In this document: positions 58,668 to 64,000 of the stretch, one piece after another
Position numbering within the stretch: position 1 is the first letter of the stretch
Layout of the letters: every line of letters starts with the position of its first letter
NCBI GenBank assembly: GCA_001788495.1
Contig: MGCF01000053.1
Coordinates: 27,756 to 91,755 of the forward strand
Source of the DNA: Candidatus Rokubacteria bacterium RIFCSPLOWO2_02_FULL_73_56
GTDB lineage: Bacteria > Methylomirabilota > Methylomirabilia > Rokubacteriales > CSP1-6
Reading direction: 5' to 3'
DNA: 64,000 nucleotides
Position numbers and translations under genes: made by a program
Notes under the pieces: model-generated
The model's input: only the letters and a program-made list of their open reading frames with translations
Databases searched by the model: none
Told to the model about the DNA's origin: nothing

Positions 58668-58699
58668 GCGCCGCTCAGCCTGCCGGGCGCTGGGGGGCC

Positions 58700-58814
58700 G
58701 GGGGGCTTGGGGGGCGCCCGGAGCCCCGACGAGCACATCGCGAGATCGAGGAGCGCCACGGCTGTGCCGGGGCGCGACGAGCGTGCGGGGGGCTTGGGGG
58801 GCGCCCGGAGCCCC
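58700..58814. repeat. 28-bp direct repeat, two copies 87 bp apart, in convergent intergenic region
   Basis: ggggggcttggggggcgcccggagcccc occurs at 58700..58727 and 58787..58814. It is G-rich with a GGGCGCCC palindrome. Confidence 0.5.
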
Positions 58815-58822
58815 CCATCAGA

Positions 58823-59539
58823 TCAGAACAGGTCCCACCACTCGCCGCGCGCGGCCATCGCCGCACCGCTCTCCTCCAGGATCACGCGCCCGGTGCGCAT
58901 GACGTAGACGCGGGCCGCGATGGCGAGCGCGTGGCGGATGTTCTGCTCGACCAGGAGCACGGTCAGGCGCTCGCGGCGCACGATGTCCTGGATCGTCTCC
59001 ATGATGCGCTCGACGAGGAGCGGCGCGAGCCCGAGCGAGGGCTCGTCGAGGAGGAGCAGCCGCGGCCGCATCATCAGGGCCATGCCGAGGCTCAGCATGC
59101 GCTGCTCGCCGCCGGAGAGCGTGCCGGCGAGCTGCCGGCGGCGCTCCGCGAGCACGGGCAGGAGCGTCAGGACGGCCTCGTGCCGCCCGGCCGCGAGCCG
59201 CCGGTCCGCCACGGAGAAGGCGCCGAGCTCGAGGTTCTCGGCGACGCTGAGGTCGGCGAAGACGAAGTGCTCCTGCGGCACGAAGGCGAGGCCGCGGCGC
59301 ACGCGCGCCGCGCTCGAGGCCCGCTCGACCGGCGCGCCGTCGAAGACCACCCGGCCCTGCCAGGCCGGCAGGAGCCCGGCGAGGGCCTTGAGCGTCGTGG
59401 TCTTGCCCGCGCCGTTGTGGCCGATGAGCGCGACGACCTCGCCCGCGCGCACGGCCAGCGAGGCGCCGAAGACCACCTGCTTGCGCCCGTAGCCGGTCGT
59501 GAGGCCCTCCACGGCGAGGAGCGCGTCCACGGCGCTCAC
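58823..59539 (-). CDS. livF: branched-chain amino acid ABC transporter ATP-binding protein
   Basis: 238 aa. The GTG start overlaps the upstream stop (GTGA). GHNGAGKTT and LLLLDEPSLGLAP are present. Confidence 0.85.
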   Translation of the reverse strand: MSAVDALLAVEGLTTGYGRKQVVFGASLAVRAGEVVALIGHNGAGKTTTLKALAGLLPAWQGRVVFDGAPVERASSAARVRRGLAFVPQEHFVFADLSVAENLELGAFSVADRRLAAGRHEAVLTLLPVLAERRRQLAGTLSGGEQRMLSLGMALMMRPRLLLLDEPSLGLAPLLVERIMETIQDIVRRERLTVLLVEQNIRHALAIAARVYVMRTGRVILEESGAAMAARGEWWDLF

Positions 59540-61236
59540 CGCCGGCCCTTGCCGAAGTAGATCTCGCCGAGCCGCGGGTCGGCCATCAGCTCCTCCGGCC
59601 GCCCCTCGGCGATGATGCGTCCGGCCTCCATGAAGTACGCGCGGTCGGCGATGGCCGTGACGACCTCGAGGTTGTGCTCGACGATGCAGACGGTCTTGCC
59701 GGCGGCCGCGACCTGGCGGATCAGCTCGAGGATCCGGCCGACCCAGTGCACGTCGACCCCCGACGCCGGCTCGTCGAGGAGCAGCACGTCGGCCTCGGTC
59801 GCGATGAGCCGCGCGAGCGCGACGAGCTTCTGCTCGCCGAAGGCGAGCGAGGCGGCGACCTCGCCGGCGCGGTCGGCGAGGCCCACGAAGGCCAGGTAGC
59901 CGAGCGCCTTCGCGCGGTTCGCCCGCTCGGCGGCGGCGGCGCGCCAGGGGGCCAGGAACAGCGGCCCCAGGCGCTCGCCGGGCTGGCCGGGGATCGCCGC
60001 GACGACGTTGTCGAGGACGGTCATGCGCTCGAAGAGGCGCACGTCCTGGAACGTCCGCGCCAGGCCGTAGCCCACGGTCCGCCACGGCGCGAGCCCGGTC
60101 ACGTCGCGACCCCGGAGCACGACGCGGCCGGCGTCGGGCGCGAGGAACCCGGTGAGGAGGTTGAAGACCGTCGTCTTGCCGGCGCCGTTGGGCCCCACGA
60201 GCGCCGTCACCTTGCCGCCGGGCAGCGCGAGGCTCAGCCCGTCGGCGGCGCGGATGCCGCCGAAGTGCTTGGCGAGGCCCTCGGCCACGAGCACCGGCCG
60301 CCCGTCGGCGGCGCGCGCGGCGGCCGCCGGCAGCGCCGGCGCGACGTCGGCGCCGGCCGGGGCCCGGCCGACGCCCGCGCGCTCGGGCACGAGGCCCTGC
60401 GGCCGGAAGCGCATGAACGCCACGAGCACGGCGCCGAACACGAAGTCGCGGATCGCGTCCACGATCTCGGCGCGGGCCTCGAGGAAGCGGAGGACCTCGG
60501 GCAGCCCGACGAAGAGCACGGCGCCGACGATCGTCCCGACCAGGTTCGCGGTGCCGCCGAGCACCACGAGCGCGACCAGGAAGATCGAGCGGTCGAGCGT
60601 GAAGCTGAACGGGTTGACGAACGCCTGGTAGTGCGCGAACAGCGCGGCCGCCACCGCCGCCAGCGCCCCGCTGAGCGAGAAGACCAGCACCTTGTAGCGG
60701 AGGACGCTCTTGCCGATCGCGAGCGTCGCGCGCTCGTCGTCGCGCATCGCCTTCAGCACGCGGCCGAGCGGCGACTCGCCGAGCCGGTAGCCGATCGCGA
60801 AGACGAGGGCGGCGCACCCGGCAATGAGCGGGAGGAACTGCGCGGGCGTGACGAGCGTCCGGCCGAACAGCGTCGGCCGGGGGATCGCGGAGACCCCCGT
60901 CCGCCCCTCGGTGAGGTCCACCCAGGAGAGCATCAGCTCGTAGAGCACCATCTGGAGCGCGAGCGTCAGGAGGATCAGGTACTCGCCGCGGACGCGGAGC
61001 GCCGGGAACGTCACGCCGCCGGCCAGGAGCGTCGTCACGGCCACGGCCGCCAGCAGCGTGAGCGGGAACGGCCAGCCGAGGTGGCGCGCGGTCAGCGCCG
61101 CGGCGTAGGCGCCGACGCCGAAGAAGGCGCCGTGCGACATCGAGACGAGCCCGCTGTAGCCGAGCAGCAGGTTGAGCGAGACGCCGAGGATGGCGAAGAG
61201 CAGGATCATGTTCACGACGTGGAGCCAGAAGTCCAC
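59536..61236 (-). CDS. fused branched-chain amino acid ABC transporter permease (LivM-like) and ATP-binding (LivG-like) protein
   Basis: About 566 aa from GTG 61236 (CAGGAG RBS). The N-terminal ~310 aa form a LivM-type permease (VDFWLHVVNMILLFAILGVSLNLLLGYSG). A Pro/Ala linker follows, then the LivG ATPase (GPNGAGKTTVFNLLTGF, LLLDEPASG) in one continuous frame. Confidence 0.8.
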   Translation of the reverse strand: MDFWLHVVNMILLFAILGVSLNLLLGYSGLVSMSHGAFFGVGAYAAALTARHLGWPFPLTLLAAVAVTTLLAGGVTFPALRVRGEYLILLTLALQMVLYELMLSWVDLTEGRTGVSAIPRPTLFGRTLVTPAQFLPLIAGCAALVFAIGYRLGESPLGRVLKAMRDDERATLAIGKSVLRYKVLVFSLSGALAAVAAALFAHYQAFVNPFSFTLDRSIFLVALVVLGGTANLVGTIVGAVLFVGLPEVLRFLEARAEIVDAIRDFVFGAVLVAFMRFRPQGLVPERAGVGRAPAGADVAPALPAAAARAADGRPVLVAEGLAKHFGGIRAADGLSLALPGGKVTALVGPNGAGKTTVFNLLTGFLAPDAGRVVLRGRDVTGLAPWRTVGYGLARTFQDVRLFERMTVLDNVVAAIPGQPGERLGPLFLAPWRAAAAERANRAKALGYLAFVGLADRAGEVAASLAFGEQKLVALARLIATEADVLLLDEPASGVDVHWVGRILELIRQVAAAGKTVCIVEHNLEVVTAIADRAYFMEAGRIIAEGRPEELMADPRLGEIYFGKGRR

Positions 61237-61465
61237 TAGGAACTCCTGGCGAGCGCGGGCCGGCGCCGGGCCGCCGGGCGTGTGCGGGAGGGGTCGGCGA
61301 CGACCACGCGGCACGCGTCCGCCTGCCCCGTCGCGGCCGGGCTCCATCCGGACGCGTGCGGCCCGCTCCCTCCATGGCGGGAACGGGTCTCCGTCGCCCC
61401 CTCCCGCGCACGCCCGGCGGCCCGACCCCACTCGCCGCGCTCGACACGACGTCGGGGGCGGCGCA

Positions 61466-62338
61466 TCAGCGGCCGCGCGCGGCCAGGAGGCCGGCCGGGC
61501 GGATGACGAGCACCGTGAACAGCACGACGAACGCGATCACGCCCTGCCAGTAGCCGGGCAGCACGAGGCCGCCCATGTTCTCGGCGAGCCCGAGGAGGAC
61601 GCCGCCGAGGGCCGCGCCCGGGATGCTGCCGATGCCGCCGAGGAACACCGCGATGAACGCCGCGAGCACCGGGTGCACGCCCATCGTCGGCGAGGCGGTG
61701 TCGCGGAGCGCGAGCAGCGTGCCGCCGAGCCCGACCAGCGTCGAGCCGACGGCGAACACGAGGAGGAACACGCGCTCGCGCTCGACCCCGAGGCACTGGG
61801 CCAGCTCGGGGTTGCTCGCGACCGCGCGGATGGCGAGCCCGTCGCGGCTCCACCAGAGCCACGCCAGCAGGCCGCCGATCAGCACCCAGGCGGTGACGAG
61901 CCAGAGCGCCTCGACGGTCGTGAACGCGACCGGCCCCAGCTCGATGCCGCGCATCGGGAAGCCCTCGAGCGCGCGCGCCTGGGGGCCGAAGGCCACCAGC
62001 ACCGCGCTCTGGCCGGCGATGAGGAGGCCGAGCGAGGCCAGGAAGATGTTGAGCTGCGTCGCCTGCACGCGCCGCAACGGCCGGTAGAGGAAGCGCTCCG
62101 TGCCCACCCCCGCCGCGCAGCCGACGAGGGCGGCGAGGGCGAAGCCGAGCGGCAGGGGCAGGCCCCAGGCGCTCACGCTCACCACCGCCGCGTAGACGGC
62201 GAGCGTGAGCGTGAGCGCGTGGGAGAAGTGGAAGATCTTCGTCGTCGCGAAGATCAGCCCCCAGCTCACGCCGAGCAGCGCGTACAGGCTCCCGATGATG
62301 AGCCCGTTCGCGGCGAGCTGCGCGGCCAGCCCGACGAT
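61466..62338 (-). CDS. livH: branched-chain amino acid ABC transporter permease
   Basis: The conserved N-terminus QLAANGLIIGSLYALLGV lies upstream of the track's GTG start (62269) and is in frame. An in-frame TGA, the SBP stop, lies 4 codons further up. The only candidate initiator is a non-canonical ATC at 62338..62336. Confidence 0.7.
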   Translation of the reverse strand: MVGLAAQLAANGLIIGSLYALLGVSWGLIFATTKIFHFSHALTLTLAVYAAVVSVSAWGLPLPLGFALAALVGCAAGVGTERFLYRPLRRVQATQLNIFLASLGLLIAGQSAVLVAFGPQARALEGFPMRGIELGPVAFTTVEALWLVTAWVLIGGLLAWLWWSRDGLAIRAVASNPELAQCLGVERERVFLLVFAVGSTLVGLGGTLLALRDTASPTMGVHPVLAAFIAVFLGGIGSIPGAALGGVLLGLAENMGGLVLPGYWQGVIAFVVLFTVLVIRPAGLLAARGR

Positions 62339-62341
62339 GGC

Positions 62342-63526
62342 TCAGCCCTGGATCTTGCCGCCGACGATGCGCCCGACGAGCCCCAGGTTGCCGTCCTTCA
62401 CCTCGAAGACGCCGAGCGGCTTGATCACGGTGCCGTCGCCGTGCACCTGCATGTCGCCGCCGTAGACGCTCTGGAACGTCATGCCCGCCTTCAGCGCGCT
62501 CGTCATCTCCGCGAGGATCTCGCCCGGCTTGCTCGGGTCGCCCTTGCGCTCGACGACCCGCTTGATCAGCGGCTGGAGCACGTACTGCACGTGCTCGTAG
62601 TAGTTGGCGGCGTAGAATTCCGGCGCACCCTTGTACGCGGCGCGATACGCCTCCACGAACGCCTTGGTCTTCGCATCGCCGCCCTCGGGGTCGAAGCGGT
62701 CGACGGCGATCACGTAGCTCTCCATCGCCTTGCCGCCGATCTTCTGCGCGTTCGGCGTCCACTCGATCCCGAGGATCGGGACCGTGAGGCCGTAGGCGCG
62801 CGCCTGGTTCAGGACGTAGCCGACGTCGTCGCCCCAGGTCCCGAGCATGAGCACGTCGGGCCGCGCTGCCTTGATCCGGGCGAGCTGGGCCGTGTAGCTC
62901 TTGGCGCCGATGTCGTGCGGCTCCTGCGCCACCACCTGGCAGCCGGCCTTCGCGCACGTGGTCTTGATCGCGCCGGCGACACTCTGGCCCGCCGCGTCGT
63001 TCCAGTAGAGCATGGCCACGCGCTTGGCCTTGAGCTTGCCGGTCGCCCACTGGACGATGAAGGGCGCCGTCTGGCTGGAGAGCATGCGGGTGTTGTAGAG
63101 GTTCGCCTTGTTGACGAGCTGGGAGCCGACGCCGCCGCCGTTCAGGAGGAGCGCCTGCTTCTCCACGGCCAGCGGCTGGATGGCCAGCGTCGGGGCGGAG
63201 TACGAGGTGAGGATCACGGGCACCTTGTCCACGTCGAGCATCTTCCGCGCGCCGCTCACGCCGGCGTCGGCGTCGCCGCTCTTGTGGTCCTCGATGACCA
63301 GCTCGAGCTTGTAGCCGCCGAGGCCGCCCGCCTTGTTGATCTGGTCGACCGCGAGCTGCGCCCCGCGGCTCATCACCTGCCCGTAGAAGGCGCCGGGGCC
63401 CGTCATCGCGAGCAACATCCCGAGTTTGAGCGTCTTCTGCTGGGCGTGGACGGACGCGAGCGGCAGGACCGCCCACGCCAGGAATGCGATCGCACAGACC
63501 GCCGCCAGGAACCGACTCCGTTTCAT
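62342..63526 (-). CDS. branched-chain amino acid ABC transporter substrate-binding protein (LivJ/K-like)
   Basis: 394 aa from MKRSRFLAAVCAIAFLAWAVLPLASVHA (signal peptide). GAAGGAGAG RBS. It is the 3' part of ORF 62342..63991. Confidence 0.85.
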   Translation of the reverse strand: MKRSRFLAAVCAIAFLAWAVLPLASVHAQQKTLKLGMLLAMTGPGAFYGQVMSRGAQLAVDQINKAGGLGGYKLELVIEDHKSGDADAGVSGARKMLDVDKVPVILTSYSAPTLAIQPLAVEKQALLLNGGGVGSQLVNKANLYNTRMLSSQTAPFIVQWATGKLKAKRVAMLYWNDAAGQSVAGAIKTTCAKAGCQVVAQEPHDIGAKSYTAQLARIKAARPDVLMLGTWGDDVGYVLNQARAYGLTVPILGIEWTPNAQKIGGKAMESYVIAVDRFDPEGGDAKTKAFVEAYRAAYKGAPEFYAANYYEHVQYVLQPLIKRVVERKGDPSKPGEILAEMTSALKAGMTFQSVYGGDMQVHGDGTVIKPLGVFEVKDGNLGLVGRIVGGKIQG

Positions 63527-63564
63527 GCAGTCTCTCCTTCTCTGTCCTGAACCGCTATTGTCTC

Positions 63565-64000
63565 CTACTCGACGCGGAACACCAGTTCGGGATCGAGGCG
63601 TGTGACGCGGGTCTGGCCGGCGAGCGCCAGCGTGGTCCTGAGCTCGCCGCGCAGGATGTCGAGCGCGCACGCGACGCCCGCCGCCCCGTCGGCGGCCAGG
63701 CCCCAGAGCGCCGCGCGGCCCACCGCCACGATCGCGGCGCCGCGGGCCAGGCCCTTGAGCACGGCGGTCCCGCGTCCGAAGCCGCCGTCCACGACGATCT
63801 CGGCGCGGCCGCCGACGGCGTCGACGATGCGCGGCAGCGCGTCGATCGTCGCCTCCGTGTGGTCGAGCTGGCGGCCGCCGTGGTTCGAGACCCAGACGAT
63901 CCGCACGCCCGCCTCGACGGCGCGCCGGGCGTCGCGGACGGTCATGATCCCCTTGAGCCCGATCGGCAGCCGCGTGGTCTTCCGCAGCCACTCCACGTCG
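63565..64000 (-). CDS. FMN-dependent alpha-hydroxy acid dehydrogenase/oxidase (LldD/glycolate oxidase family), C-terminal part; the N-terminus lies beyond the window end
   Basis: ...IVWVSNHGGRQLDHTEATIDALPRIVDAVGGRAEIVVDGGFGRGTAVLKGLARGAAIVAVGRAALWGLAA... are family signatures. Confidence 0.75.
   Translation of the reverse strand, partial: DVEWLRKTTRLPIGLKGIMTVRDARRAVEAGVRIVWVSNHGGRQLDHTEATIDALPRIVDAVGGRAEIVVDGGFGRGTAVLKGLARGAAIVAVGRAALWGLAADGAAGVACALDILRGELRTTLALAGQTRVTRLDPELVFRVE

Overview
This is a 64-kb window of very high-GC (~70%+) bacterial chromosome. It is densely coding, with many GTG starts and many 4-nt ATGA/GTGA start-stop overlaps, which suggests long polycistronic operons. I found no rRNA, tRNA, CRISPR array, transposase or phage gene. 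The high GC produces many long spurious antisense ORFs in the six-frame track, for example 23450..28462 (1670 aa), which I ignored.

Gene content from left to right:
- **1-6.2 kb:** a TCA-cycle block on the minus strand with a partial mitochondrial-type aconitase, Bacillus-type sdhC-sdhA-sdhB, and an extra paralogous Fe-S subunit gene upstream of sdhC. An M20 peptidase sits on the plus strand.
- **6.2-9.5 kb:** a DppABC-like family-5 substrate-binding protein plus two permeases, with no ATPase genes. It ends against a 23-aa Tat-signal-like mini-ORF that overlaps the AtuA stop (ATGA).
- **9.6-19.6 kb:** a long minus-strand gene array. In transcription order it carries a zinc-ribbon mini-protein, an isocitrate lyase/PEP-mutase-family C-C lyase (KRCGH motif), a hairpin plus 33-bp tandem repeats, a fumarate-reductase-like flavoprotein, phnD-phnC-phnE-phnE, an amidohydrolase, a small membrane protein and an AtuA/DUF1446 protein. 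A divergent LysR regulator and a palindromic LysR box lie upstream.
- **20.7-23.3 kb:** a DinB-like protein, two aldo/keto reductases and an F420/LLM-class oxidoreductase that contains a perfect 42-bp in-frame tandem duplication.
- **23.3-29.6 kb:** an RND efflux pair (adaptor and permease) and a ketopantoate-reductase-family protein.
- **29.7-37.2 kb:** a signalling neighbourhood with a hybrid histidine kinase, an orphan GspG-like pseudopilin and a HAMP membrane protein. Divergent to these is a protein combining a double zinc ribbon, a class III adenylate cyclase domain, an AAA ATPase and TPR repeats.
- **37.2-42 kb:** DapA-family and Qor-like genes, a nucleotidyltransferase plus small ORF pair that may be a toxin-antitoxin or abortive-infection module, a rhodanese pseudogene, and SDR and alpha/beta-hydrolase genes.
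- **42-47.4 kb:** a Spy/CpxP-like protein, a tungsten-type aldehyde:ferredoxin oxidoreductase, a beta-propeller protein and a membrane protein.
- **47.4-49.3 kb:** a lower-GC patch with a LivM-like gene remnant, an AT-codon mini-ORF carrying a signal peptide, aroQ and a Cys-containing hypothetical protein.
- **49.4-53.7 kb:** an aldo/keto reductase, a LigB then LigA-like extradiol dioxygenase pair in reversed order, a 2-hydroxyacid dehydrogenase and a DoxX-like membrane protein.
- **53.9-58.7 kb:** a cassette of a GT2 glycosyltransferase, two radical-SAM/SPASM proteins and a membrane GT-C-like protein fused to a DUF2064 domain.
- **58.8-64 kb:** a branched-chain amino-acid ABC transporter with a fused LivM-LivG gene, and a partial FMN-dependent hydroxyacid dehydrogenase.

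The best candidates for an undescribed system are the LysR-linked lyase/flavoprotein/PhnCDE/amidohydrolase/AtuA array and the radical-SAM/glycosyltransferase cassette.
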